Shown: positions 28,665 through 42,017 of the stretch, one piece after another
Numbering within the stretch: the stretch's first letter is position 1
How the letters are laid out: every line of letters begins with the position of its first letter
Assembly (NCBI GenBank): GCA_965649765.1
Contig: OZ287753.1
Location: 60,450,001 to 60,514,000, forward strand
Direction: 5' to 3'
Length of the DNA: 64,000 nucleotides
Origin: Bispira polyomma
Lineage: Eukaryota
Program-made: the position numbers and the translations under genes
The notes under the pieces: model-generated
The model's input: only the letters and a program-made list of their open reading frames with translations
Database searches by the model: none
What the model was told of the DNA's origin: nothing

Positions 28665-31600
28665 TCACATTAACTGACATTGAAGTCCTAAAAACTCACA
28701 TATTTGTGACCTTAAAGTGGCCCTAATTTGCTTAAGAGTGGGTTTAGGGTCAACTTAAAAGTAGAATCTGGTTTAGGCCCTTGTACATACATATGCCAAA
28801 TTTGAATTTTATCCATAAAATACTTTTTGAGTTATGTCTATGGTGGCAACGGCACAACCTGACTGAATCCACTATATCAATATATGCCCAACCTTCGTCT
28901 GGCCATATAATTAACAAAGCCATGAATAGTTATGTTGGCTACAATAGAATTCTTTAACGTTTTTGAGGAGAATTTCTGAGACAACACACGAGACAATGCT
29001 TAGCACCTTATATTGTTAGTGTTCTGATATGAATAGCCTAACAAGATGAAAAGCCTCCCGGTACATCGCCACACTAATATTCAATTGCAATCACTTTTAC
29101 TCTAGTTATGTAGGTGGCTTTCTCATGTTTGAAATCCAATTAAGGTAATTAAATACAATGTGGCATCTTAGCCTTTATGAATTTGTGAGATGATAAACTT
29201 ATGGTTGACTGGCTTTCTAGCGGCAACTTATAATCCCAATTATATACCAAGTTGTGTGGCTGAGGTAATCATCAAGTAATCTTGATATAATTGGATTAGT
29301 TGGATTGTAATCATGATTCTGATTCATGTCGTTAGCAGTGATAAGTTGAATTGCTCACTTAATTATAATTAAGGAATGTTTTTGTTAAAACACATCTTTT
29401 TAAAGCAGCTATAAAAGATTTTTAAATGTCAAAATAACTTTGTAATAACCAAATTAAGTTTTCTCTTGATAAAACCCTAGCTGTAAGCAGAGTCATTAAG
29501 TTTTAATTTAGTACTGTTTCCTGAAACAGTATATATATTTATTGTACTGCATTATATAATTATATATACTCAATGTTTTATTGTAAAGCGCTTTTGAGCA
29601 TTTCTATAAACGGACAGGGCACTATATGTATCTGGTATATTATTATTATAACATTATTTATGAAAAAACTTTTAAGTTCTGGTATACAAAACTGATGGAA
29701 CACACTGGGTTTTTTTTTGTTACATCTTATATCTTATTTTATTTCATTATATCTTCAATACTATCACAATTAGTACAATTAAAATCAACACATTTATTAT
29801 CTATTATAAAGAAAACAATATGCCTTAAATCAGGCCTCGTCCACCAAACTGGAATACCCTGTTTTTTAATGTTGTTATTAATATCATATCTCTCTAAAAC
29901 TACCATACATAATACCTTCACAATTAACATATTTATTCCTTGTTATATCAGCATTATGGTGTTAAAGTTGCAGCCTATTACCGTACAAAATTGTAAATGT
30001 TTTGAAAAGTAACCCAACTGTGCTCAAAATAGGCCTCGTCCCTAAATACTAGACAGGATATCGTACAGGACTCCAAGACGAAAGTAACAGGCGAGGTTTA
30101 TTCCTCGGGTGAGGCTTGTCATCTCAGGACACCGGTAGTTATAAGAAATACAAGAAATGAAATGACGTGGCTATGCATTTACACATATACATATGTAGTT
30201 TATAGATAAGTATGAACTTCCTTTTCCAGTACTAGTTTTTGTGAAAAAAAATATAGGAATTGAAATCTAAACAAAACATACAGAAGTGATGTGATCTATG
30301 TTTAAATTTATTTGTAAAACTACAGTATAAGCTTTTCTATATATTTCCCCCAGTATTTTTGTGCAAACTTAACAGCTTTATTTCATATAGATGTATTTTT
30401 TTAGCAAAAGTCAATATAACAGGTCCCCCACCTTAATAGTCATTTTGTCTATGGACAGGGCTGTGCATTATTATATTTTATGGTGGCTGTACGTTTGTGA
30501 TGGTTATGGTTAAATAAGTAATCAAAGCTATACATTTAGCTATATGCATTGGTTCTGATATACTTTATACATGTTATTTCTTTACACATTGCCACTCTTA
30601 ATATTTATTGCCCCATTTAACAATGGGACTTGACACATATTACTAGTGGTCTATAAAAAGTAAAACAGATGTTTAGAGCTTTATTTTTGAAACATTTCTA
30701 ATGGTTTGAATAGTTTTAAAAAATGTCAACTAAAAATAATGAAATATAGTAATATATTTTCACTAGTCCCGCATGATCGTATGCTGTGAAATATTTAAAC
30801 ATGGAGTTTAATACATGTGATTGCAAATTTAGTGTGGTTATAGACAGGGGTTATAGACAGGGGACCCGTTAATAGCACAACTGCTATAAAACAGGCTCTG
30901 TTTAAAAATAAGATGTTAATGGTGGAATTGTTCTTTTAGGCCATCGCGTCCCCCTACTTAAACTGTCAAGCAGTAGGTACCTGGTAGTAATATTGTTAAA
31001 TGTAGGTAATTCATAGTCTATTGTATTTTTGTTCAACTGAAATGTGTAGGTTTAACACAAAGTATATATTATTTGTTACTAATGTAACAAATGTTTTATG
31101 GTGTATTTTAATAAAATCCCTAATGAGGCTGATGCATCTTATTACTAATCTTCAAGGTCACACAGAACTGACATGTGCAGTCAAACAATGTTCATTAGCA
31201 CTTTGAATCAAGTTATTTTATATCTGTTTTATATCTAACACAGTAATATGTTATGTAGGTATCAGCCTAAGCCCAATATGAATAATAAAAAATGAAAGGT
31301 TTATAAAAGAATCATCTTCTTATTTTATTTTACTTACTTTAAACTTTCATTAGGTAATAGGCCTAGCTTATCTTTCAATGGCATCGCTTCAAAACATACT
31401 AAACTATTGGCAAACTAGGAGCTTGTCTGCTACCAACTCTTACAAAAACTGTGGCAAGGGAGTGAGCACCCTTAGTCAGTCGAGCATAGATGGATGTAAA
31501 AGGGTTAATAAATTATAATACCTGGGATGCAAAAAAAAGGGTTAAAATAGTGGCTTTGTATGATGACAAAAATGTTTTAAAACTTTGGTCTAGAATATTT

Positions 31601-31948
31601 TAAGTTTTCTGTGAATATCATATGTTGAAGTTAAAAGCCTAAATATATGTTGAATAGCCAAGGGCAAATTCTATTTGTGTCTATAGTAAGTACCCAACTT
31701 TCATGTACATATTATGGTCGAGAGTGTCAAAGGTTCATGTGTACTGGGTCTGCTGTTTGTCAGCTATTGGTCTATGTAAAAATTGTTTTGGTGAACTGAA
31801 GGTTACTGGATTGTCATTGAAAGCCAGTGGGTTTAAAAATACTCTCTGTGAATCTATGCATACATAGTTGGTCTACAAAGGTTATGGAACTTTTTAAGTG
31901 TGCATGTGTTAATATGCTACATGAACATGTGTGTTTATATAAACCCCT

Positions 31949-32645
31949 GGGCTCATATTCAAGAAAGGGCTTAGCCTGGACTTAGGCTTAAAGGTAAGAC
32001 TTTTGTTATAACTTTTGGAAAAAAAGGTCAAGTCCTTGGTCTTAGACTTGGCATTATTCACAAAGCAGTTAAGCCCAAGTTTTAGCTTAACCAAAGGCCT
32101 AACTTTAAGACAGGTAGGTAGTGGGCTCAACTTTACAGTAAAAAGCATTACGTTTTTTCTACATAACTTTTACAAAGAAAGCATTGTACTTTTGCAGTGT
32201 ATTATAAACTATAAACATTTAACGTTGATAATAGGACATATTATATCAAACAAACCTAATCTTAATTTGTCATGAATCAAACAAAAAGTGATATAATTCA
32301 TGACATTTTGAATCATAAATTATTTGAAGGGGCGTAGCCAGTTTTAGGTCTAAGTTTAATAGAAAAAAATTGTGTTAATTGATATTTATTGTTTTTACTG
32401 TAGGGTGTTCATATAGGCCCAAACAATTATACAGTAGATTAGTGTGTAAAAATGTAGCTAATATTGTGTATTATTGTAAATGGAGCAATATAAAGTTAAG
32501 ACTTTTGTCTTAACACAGTCTTAGCTAAGCCTCCTTTCGTGAATACTATTTAAGCCCAAAACTTGGCAGAAACAAAAGTCTTAGATTTAAGACTGGACTC
32601 AGCCTAAGTTTTGGCTAAGTCTAAGACCTTTCGTGAATACGGCCC
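31949..32645. mobile_element. Harbinger-type MITE, uninterrupted copy, in the Actin-B 5'UTR intron
   Basis: TIRs GGGCTCATATTCAAGAAAGG / GGGCCGTATTCACGAAAGG (reverse complement); internal sequence matches the interrupted copy at 33864-39670. Confidence 0.8.
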
Positions 32646-33105
32646 AGTATCAGCATACTAAGTATGGGAAACTGTCGAGAATCAGAAGTTTCTTTAAAGT
32701 TAATAGTCCAAGCTGAAGGCGAGGAGTTTAAATTCACTTTACAAGGTGGCAGGGAGGACTGCCTAGATTCGCCCCCCACCCCCACCCCACCCCACCCCCT
32801 CCACTTAAAAACCCAATATTTGTTAAAACTTTTAGTATTTTATGTTATAGGGGCAAAGTTATTTATATTTCCATGATGTCTAACACATAAATACGTTATG
32901 TAGGTATTAGCCTCAGCCTACCCAATATGAATAATCAAAAATTAACGGATTCGAAAAATTAAAGCTTGGTTCATAAAAGTATTTCTTATTTCACTTTACT
33001 TAACTAAACATTTTTCACTGGTACTGACACCTTGTACAAAACATTACATTGTTGTTTTTTTCTGATTAATATGCAATATTGGAAATAATATTAGACCCCA
33101 CTGAC

Positions 33106-33195
33106 CTTTATACACACAGAGTAAAATATAGTCCTTTCAATGCTAGTCCACGTCCTGGTATCAACAAAACTATCCCTTCCACTGGCTTTATAAAC
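33106..33195 (-). promoter_or_regulatory. Actin-B TATA box (33187-33193) and non-coding 5' exon
   Basis: TTATAAA, then a block conserved among paralogs ending AAAG|GTCAGT; matches the orphan acceptor just before the ATG. Confidence 0.7.
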
Positions 33196-33607
33196 CAACA
33201 GGCTCTGCGCATTCCAACTATTTTACTTTGTCGGTGTCAGTACTTCCGATAGTTCTATTTGCCACAGTGAATGTGTGTGTGTGTGTGTAGGTGTTTTCAT
33301 ATATACTAAAGCCAACTTAAGTTGTCAACCAAAAACTAGCACTATTCATTGGGGTTCATTGTTTAGTTGTGTGGCTCAGGAAATTACCCACTTAATATTT
33401 ATTAGTAATATAAAGTTATTGTAAAATTGATCATCTAAGTTCTTAATCTGCACACTATATACATATATATTGATCACAATTAACATATATGTACTTTAAT
33501 TTTCTGAACATTGTCACTTTAAGTTTACTATAGGGCTATGGGGACACTGAGAGAAGTTCTGACACTATAAGAACAGTCCCTCCCATGTGTGAGCGTTGTG
33601 ATTATTA

Positions 33608-33665
33608 CCTTATAAGGGAGCACCGCGATTACATACGCCTGTATGTGCTATGTGACCAAATAAGG
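33608..33665. promoter_or_regulatory. Two CArG boxes (SRF sites) upstream of Actin-B
   Basis: CCTTATAAGG (33608-33617) and CCAAATAAGG (33656-33665) both fit CC(A/T)6GG. Confidence 0.6.
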
Positions 33666-33899
33666 GTAAAAAATTGCTGAAAAATAAATAGTTGACAACA
33701 TTGTGGGAAACTAAATTCCATGCTTATATTAGGTGGGCACTCAGTGCATGGTTGTAATAATGGTAATACTGCCCTCTGACTCCGGCTGTCAAGGTCCGAT
33801 CCTCACCTCTCCCCACACACACACACACACATATATGGACAGTACAGTCACAGAAGGCCTATAGGGCCCGTATTGACGAAAGGACTCAGCCTGGACTCA

Positions 33900-34673
33900 A
33901 TGGCCTTACAAACCTACAAACCGCCGACTGCACGACACTACAATAAAATCAAATAGAAATAAGATCATATATAATGGTAATTATTTAGACTGCTTACTAC
34001 ACGCCATTGCACCACACTGCAAATGATTTTGTAGCAGCAATCTCTTTAAAAAAAGACTGTGTGTCGTTCCTTATATTGTCATGCAGTGGCGTCCCCTGTA
34101 GTGCAGTGTCGTGGGTATACGGAAAATTGCCCACCTAGAAAATTGCCCTCCTAGAAAACTGCCCTCCTTCAATTTTGTGGGGTGGAAAACTACCCTCCTT
34201 GCCTTAGTTTATATACTTGGGAAAACAAGAGAGAAAAATAAAACACATATACAAAAAAATGATATATTTATTATAATAAAAATATTCTGGGGAAAACATT
34301 CATATACATATAGATATATGTACAAGAGAAAAATAAAACATTCATATATACAATATGCATGATAAAAAATGTGCTTAGTAAAGTCTGATACTCTGATAAA
34401 AGATAACGGTAACTTACCATAGCTGCCCACTTTTATATTTTTTTATATATATTGTGATACAAAAACATGTGATACAAAAACAAAACAAATGTTACCCAGC
34501 CCTCTGGTGGGCTTATAAGTCACTCAAAATACTTATACAGTTGTGTTTGACTAGTTAGTGTTCCCAGGACAACACTAGACTATACCACACTGCACAACAC
34601 TGCAATTGGCCTTTGAGAAATCTCTAAAAAAAACATCGCACTGTGTCGTGTTGTGGGAAGTCTGTAAAGCCCT
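33900..34673. mobile_element. Nested MITE with TCA target-site duplication
   Basis: TIRs ATGGCCTTACAAAC / AGGGCTTTACAGAC (reverse complement); TCA at 33897-33899 and 34674-34676. Confidence 0.7.
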
Positions 34674-35199
34674 TCAGGCTTAAATCTAAAATTTTGTATT
34701 AACTTTTGATAAAAAAGGCTGAGGCTTTTGTTTTAGGCTTAGGTATATTCACAAGGCAGCTAATCCTAAGTTTTAGCTTAGCCAGGGCTTAACTTTACAG
34801 TAAACTGATTTAAGCTTTTCTACTTAACGTTTACAATTTAAGCATTGTATTTTTACAGTGTATAAACCAAATATAAACATTTAAATTTTATAGTATGATC
34901 CTAAATATCAAACAATCCCAAACTGTCATGAATCAAAAAGTGGTATAGTTCCTGAAATATTTTGAATCATAAATTCTTTGAAGGGACTTTAGTCTAAGTC
35001 TATTGAAAACAACTTTTCAAGTGATATTTATTTAATGTTTACTTTGGGATGCTCATATAGGCTGATTATATCGTATATATTATATAGTATGTGTAAAAAT
35101 GTAAATAATATTCTGTATTTATTGTAAATAAAAGAATATATGTCAAGAGTTGAGCCTGGAGTGTGGAAGCGTGTGTTAGAATAAATAGCTTGTAGATAT

Positions 35200-35629
35200 T
35201 GTTACGTTCCTTGGGGGATGATTTTCTCAAGTCATGCTCTGTCATAAATGGGTTTTTATAACACAGTTCCAAATGAAAGACTTCAATATCTTTTCCACAT
35301 TTAATGAGCTATATTTGTTTGTACATTTTTTACAACTATTTATTTACAACTCTTTACAAGTTTTTAACTATTGCTCTTAATACACACTCTCCACCCAAAC
35401 CCAAAAACAAGACTCCCTTTTTAGCCGAGTTCCCCCTTTCATAGACTTTTCATACATTTTAACCATCCGGGATATTATTTACACTAAATATATATATACC
35501 AACGATTGAACATTTATACACTTGGACAGACTCGGGCTCGGTCAGACGCAGGTTCGGTCAGACTTGGGTTTGGTCAGAGTCTGGCTCGGGTCAGACTTAG
35601 GCTCGGGTTAAACTCGGACTCGGGTTACA
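35200..35629 (-). mobile_element. Probable solo LTR inserted in the Gypsy 5' LTR
   Basis: TGTTAC...GTTACA termini; internal ctcgggtcaga subrepeats; no clean TSD. Confidence 0.4.
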
Positions 35630-38535
35630 GAACTTTGGCTCTTTGTGCCATGACACAAATATGTGTAATCTATTTATACCTAAAAACATGAGCTAAAAAT
35701 ACCCAACAATATACATGGTGGCAGATGTGGGATAAAACTAGATTGTCTACATTTAATGATTGACATATTATAATCTTGGATAAATATTTGAACTTCAAAA
35801 GATATAAATACAGTGCCGGCACCATCATTAGACTGGGATTCAGGAAACATCCCAGAATCTTGGAAAAGATTTAAGCAGCTTGCTCAACTAACTTTTAAAG
35901 GTTCACTGAAAGGCAAGAAGGAGGAAGAATTGTGTGCCCATCTTTTACTATGGGTATTGGGAAGGAGATAAAGGGTCAAGATGGGTATAATACCTGGGAG
36001 AGCACTGTTGGTGATGATAAAAAAGCTTGCCACATATGGCACAAAATTTGAGGATTACATCACCCCAAAGGCTAACACTTTAATCTTTGCCCAATACAGG
36101 TTCTAGAGCAAGGGCAAGTCTTTCGACCACCTTCTCATAGATCTAAAACTTCTAGTAAAGAAGTGTGGTTTCGACAAGCCTGATGAAATGGTCAGGGATA
36201 TGATAGTCAGACCTAACCCTTGACAGAGCTGTAGATTTGTCGATGGCCCACAAGCTGCTAGTCCAGTCCAAGCTGTAGGCCATGAAAGGATACAACCCAA
36301 CAGTACATTTTGTATATGCTGTTATCACCAATAGAATGACATCAAGCCACACAGGGCAACACAAACAACAGACTCTGCAGAAACAAACTCAGTGTCCCAA
36401 CTGTGGGATTAGCCATTTGAAATCCAGCATTTTTCCAGCAAAAGGGAAGAAGTGCAACTTTTATCACAAGATACACCACTTTGCCGAGGTTTGCAGAGCT
36501 AGTAAAAGTATAAAAAGTTCACAACTGCTGATTCTGATGGCAACAACTGAGAAGACCAACAGAGCAATTTCTATGTGGAAATGGTGCATAAGTCATAGTT
36601 ATCAGACACTGCTGATCAGGTGTTTACAAGCATAAACACTGACAATGATCAAATCAATTTCAAACTTGATACGGGAGCCTAGGTCAATGTTATACCAAGT
36701 CGGATCTTTGAAAGTCAGTTTCCAAATACTGCATTTATGAAGACAGACCTCAAGCTCTTTGGCTGCAGTGGCAAACCACGAGACGTACATGGTATTTGTA
36801 CTCTGTCATGTACACATAAAAGCCTGGACCTGAAGTCCTACGTTGTGAAAACAACAGCACCACCTATTGAGAGCATGTATTGACCTGAAATTTTTTGATC
36901 TTGTACTTTTAATCAACACAGAGCTACAAAATTCTATGAAAGAATATACTGATGTTTTCCAAGGTCTAGGATTATTTCCTGGTGAACATTCCCTGTTAAT
37001 GGAGAAATCAGTTTCTCTGGTAGTTCACCCACCATGTAGGTTACCACACGCTCTACATCACAATATGTGCAAAATAATTGGCAACCTTCTGACCAGCCAA
37101 GGTCTTAAGCCATATCCATCAAAGGTGTCATGCATTTTGAACATGGAACCTCCAAATAAGAACTGGGAACAATTCTGGGCATAGTAAACTACATGTCAAA
37201 GTTTTTACTTAAGCTCGCCGAGGTGACAAATCTAATGAGAGACCTACTAAAGAAAAAGACTTCAGGAATTCATTTGGGAGTCAAATATGGACAAGGTCTA
37301 TGAGCAAGTCAAATGTCTCATCACGAGAGGACCAGTGCTGACATACTATGATGTCACCAAATATGTGCATGTTCAGACTGACGCCTCTCAACATGGCCTC
37401 GGAGCAGTACCACTACAATCCAGAAAACGTGTTGCTTTTGCTTTCAGATCATTGACCAGCTCAAAAAATTACACTTGAAAAGGAGCTGTACGCAATATTG
37501 TTTGGGTGTGAAAAGTTCCATCAGTTTATTTGTGGTGAGAATGCCTTCATCCAAATGGATTACAAGTCCTTAGAATCCATCCTAAAGAAGCCACTGGCTC
37601 AAGAGTGCCACATGAATTAAGAAAACCAAAGCCGTCTTTTTGCGACAAGGAATTCCTGTAACACCTCAGAAAGTGCAACATCCACGCTTCTGGTGTCAAC
37701 AAAATCAAAGTAAATACTATGACAGGACGGTCAAATCCTTAAAACCACTGATTCCAGGCAAAAAAGTCCAAATCCAACGTCTAAATGAGCAATGCCAACC
37801 AACTATGGTGCGGGCAAAAGCAGCAGCAGAAAGGTCTTACACAGTGGACAGCAAAGAAGCTGTTCTACAGGTGAAAGAGGATTCACCTAAACCATAAAAC
37901 CAAAGAACATAGAGGAAATGGTAGAGCAGAACAAATACAAAATGATTCTCAGTCACAAGAATGAGGTCACTCAACCAGTTCTCAACAAAAGACTTCCATT
38001 AGACCAATCGCAGCAGAGACAGCAGCCCTATGTAACTGGAAGTAAAAGAGTGGTTCAACAACCCACAAGATTTCAAAGTGGTGAACATTCAGTCTTTTGG
38101 GAGGGGGGCTTTTTTCCCTCAATAAAGTAATGTTCTCTGTATTTTATTTTGAAGACTAAAAGTTCAGATAATAGGTATGTCTATTAAATTAGTTACACTT
38201 AAACTCCTGTTTGGGTGATACCTATTGTTAAAATCGGGTGTTTCTTTTTAAAGAATGTACTGTCTGCTTTCTGGGCCACATTATTGAATGACCTTGTTTA
38301 ATAAATTACTCAGTTCAAGTTTACATTGGTACATCATATTCAGTAACTTTTAAATATATATTACATTTATTCATCAAAATTATGATATAAAATTATATTA
38401 ACATAAGATTGCATCGCCTTACCTTTATTTATAATTATAATGGGTGTATGTGTATTTAGAAATTTAAGATGACTTTAAACAATACTTGAAAATACAATTT
38501 GTTACCCTCACCTTACTTTTCAGCAGTTTAAGTCA

Positions 38536-38632
38536 GAGAATTGCCTCAAATCGGGTGTTTTCTTAAGTAATAGTCCTCGCCTTCGGCTTGGACCATTAAT
38601 TTGAAAGAAACACCTGATTCTTGGCTATTCTC
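38536..38632. repeat. Long imperfect palindrome with a CTTCGG loop; related copy at ~32666-32740
   Basis: GAGAATTGCC..ATCGGGTGTTT..GTCC..GCC TTCG GC..GGAC..AAACACCTGATT..GGCTATTCTC. Confidence 0.7.
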
Positions 38633-40650
38633 CTACACAGAGAACTGGCCATGTTGTACAAGAAGATTTGTCTTCTATTATTATGTATCCTTACTCAATA
38701 TGTTATAGAAGCTTAATGTGTGGTTAGTTAGAGTACAGATAATTGGGTATCTTTTTTTAGGTGTGTACTACAGTAACAGTAGATTTGTGTCACATAATTA
38801 TGTCTACCTTACTTAATATCTTACAGAGGTTTATTGTGAAGTAAAAACAATTTAATTACTTAATGGATACAGTGAAAAAGGGGGGCGGGAAAAAGTAACT
38901 TCTGAGCCTAACTACTAGTAAATATCAGTGTTAACACGTAAAAACTTAGCTGCTTGAATATTCCAACATACACATGAAAATATTATACATATATATTTAC
39001 ATAAATTTGTGCCTCCCATGTTTTATCTGCCACTGAAGGGATATGTGTGCTGGGAATGAGTCATTTCCACAAACAGATAAAAGTATGTTAAAAAACTATC
39101 CAGTTTAAAAACCTGCTGTGCAAGATTTATCTAAAATGCAATGGAAATGTTGCTATGTTTTATCAACACTGTCCTAGCACAGATTGTATAACATTACTTC
39201 TAGTTTAACTTTTAGCCTTTCTGAAACTATTCAAAAAAAAAAAAATAGTCATAATTTTCTGTGTCACATATTTAAATAGTATTATTCATTGTTGAATATA
39301 TTAAAAATAGGGTATGTAATATTATAACTAGATTTCACAACACTCGGTATATGTATGTGTGTGTGTGTGTGTGTATTTGTGGATTACTATAAACAGTAGT
39401 TGTCAAGAGTTGAACCTAAAGTGTGGACGTGTGTGTTTTAATAAATTGCTTAAAGATATACTACTTGTCTTTATTCTCATGAACTCAACAGATAGTAATA
39501 GCCACACAAAGCTTTACAAAGTTATTTTTTGTCTTATTATTGTCTTAGCTAAGCCTCCTTTTGTGACTATAATTCAAGCTCAAAACTTAGCTAAAACAGA
39601 AGTCTTTTGATTTAAGACTGAACTTAGCCTAAGATTTAAGTCTGAGACCTTTTGTGAACACGGCGGTCCCTGTAGTTTGCAGTGAAAACCTTCACCAACT
39701 ACCTTTTACTTCTTTCCTCCACTGCGAAACTTTCCATTTTGATATGATACCCACATGTTGAAAAATCCAGCCTATTTTTTACAGACGTTAGGTTGGAATG
39801 ATGTACTATATGTTAACCAATTTGCCATTATTAAAGAATGGCTGGGAATTTATTTTGTCCCTAATAGATTAATACAAATTAAACTTTTCACTGGGAATTA
39901 ACTTTTACTATTGAAATTGATTAAAGCAAAAATTAATCCCAGGTAAAAATTTCAATTTATACAGTAATAAAAATATATTGGTAGTTTTCCTACTATATGC
40001 ACTGTGAGACACTTTTGACAAGCTTTTTAACTTCCAGTAGAACTATTTTTGACAATATTCCACTGTTGGCAATTATTTAAATATTAGGTAATTGTTTGAA
40101 AAAAAAATGATTTTGTTTAGAGTCATGGAGCTATAGTTAAATCCCCAGGCCCTTCATAACCCTCTTTTCAAATAGCTGCCTAAAGTCCACCTTCCACTTA
40201 TGTGAGTTAAAAAAAATGATGGCCATGCATTTATGGCGATTAGCTGGTCGCATAGAGATCCCCCAAAATAACCAGGATAATGTCTTGAACCCACAGGGAT
40301 TTTCTTTTAAAATTCTAGGTAAGCATAGATCTCCACGGCCATTGTGGAAATTTAGGAATTTTTTCTGCAATAAAAGTGGTACAGCAGATGGCATCGCTAT
40401 ACTTTCCTACATACGTGATATGACCAAAACTGACTTCGACTAAATACAGGAATTACTTGGTGATGAAACGTGCCAGATACATGATGTGTTAGCAGAGATA
40501 ATCTCAACGACAGCGTAAAAGTGGGAGCCGGCCAGGTTAACTACTGGTATACACTAGCTAACAACACTTGAAGTACCCCAGATTCAAACACTGTAAATTG
40601 ATTTACATTTACAGTAGTACTTTTTTCTTCATATTTCTATTTATATATTG

Positions 40651-40947
40651 TGTCATGTACGGGTTTAGGGAGCCAAAGAAAGGCTAACCAACAACAGCTT
40701 TTAGTAACCAACAACACCTATAAAAGCAGAGTCAGCACGTGAATCTAGGCTGCTCTCTCCAGGTGGAAGGAGAGAGAAGGAGGAAAAAACCTGGGAGGTG
40801 AAATGTGTGAAATTATATATAATGAGAAGTGAAAATGGAATACTAATGTACCAATAATAAATATGTGAAACTAAAATTAAAGTTTGAAAAAGAATTAAAT
40901 AAAACTGAAGCCATGAAATCAGATGTCTCTTTAATGTTTTTATGACA
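40651..40947 (+). mobile_element. Possible solo LTR
   Basis: TGTCAT...ATGACA termini with internal TATAAAA and AATAAA; no TSD seen. Confidence 0.4.
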
Positions 40948-41961
40948 TTAATAATAATAGGTCCTGGCTAGCACGCCTCTCATTGTGCTGCTGGGCGAGT
41001 GGCCTCTCCTTTGAAGCTACACCGACCCAACCCAACTGTTAGTGTACTGGACTATTAACTATGAACATCCAAAGAGCCCAGGGTTCAAATCCCAACCAAA
41101 ACAGCCTAAAAGGACTGTAGTTTACAATTGTTTATTGTACAAAATGAAAAGATTGAACTAATTATAGCTTTCCTATGAGATCTTATTTTCTTTTTTTTAA
41201 ATTAAAAAAAAACCTTTTAATATGTCATACTTTATTATATATTTGTGATAAATTAAATTCTTTCACACTAATGAAACCACAGACTGTGTTAAACATTAAG
41301 CTTCCTCATAATATATCTCCTACTAGCTTGATAAATGCATATCACATGTGTGTCCTTTTTCAAGCAGGCCTTATATACAAAGATTTTCCACCTACAATCT
41401 TATAACATCTCGACCTTTGCACCTTGAGTCAACCAACCAATATTAAATTCAGTCAAAAATACATTTCAACAGAGGTAGTCTTGTATTTGCCCCAAATTTC
41501 CTTACTCTATTAAAAAATTCAAAAACTATTGGTTTGAACAGGCACGTCCTCCCACCCACAGTCCCAGTAAATCTTAAAAGTTCAGACACTGTTCTGTCAA
41601 ATTGATTGAAGACTTACGAAATATTCTTGGATTGTTGTTGATTAGAAAGTGCCAGACATAGAATAAGGCTCAGTAAGTGTCATTAGATTAGATGAAATTG
41701 CCTTTATATTTGGTGATACATGGTAAAAAAAACTTACAATATACAGCAATGTTTTGTTATACTCACACATGATCTGTATGATCAGTGAGTCTTAGTTTTA
41801 ATTTTTTTAAAGTTTTTTTTCAACTACCTGATAATTTATGTCTTAACTATACCAGTATTCCATATGATTTGTAATAAAATGTGTCTCGAATGTTATTTTA
41901 AGAAACTCTTAATAATTTAACCTAAGAAAACATCAAGAGAGCCTTATGGACAGGCTATTAT

Positions 41962-42017
41962 ATAGATAAACACCAAGTGGCACTACATAATGTAAGTGCC
42001 ACGGGGTGTTTATCTAT
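41962..42017. repeat. Palindrome / hairpin element
   Basis: ATAGATAAACACC..GTGGCACT.ACAT / ATGT.AGTGCCAC..GGTGTTTATCTAT. Confidence 0.8.

Larger units (their letters stand above)
35141..39508 (+). mobile_element. Internally deleted Ty3/Gypsy LTR retrotransposon
   Basis: Partial 5' LTR 35141-35199 matches the 3' LTR (~39314-39508, preceded by a PPT-like tract). PBS TGGTGGCAGATGTGGGAT at 35716. Gag WKRFKQ and Cys/His knuckle, protease FKLDTGA, RNase H QTDASQHGLGAV. RT core and integrase core deleted. Confidence 0.82.
33864..39670. mobile_element. Second copy of the same MITE, split by nested insertions
   Basis: Segments 33864-33899, 34674-35140 and 39509-39670 are collinear with 31949-32645. 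Confidence 0.75.

Noticed and set aside
30031-30125. Hammerhead, twister or HDV-like ribozyme
   Set aside because: Only partial motifs (GACGAAAG, UUCCUCG, CCCUAA); the CUGANGA core and required pseudoknot pairings are missing.
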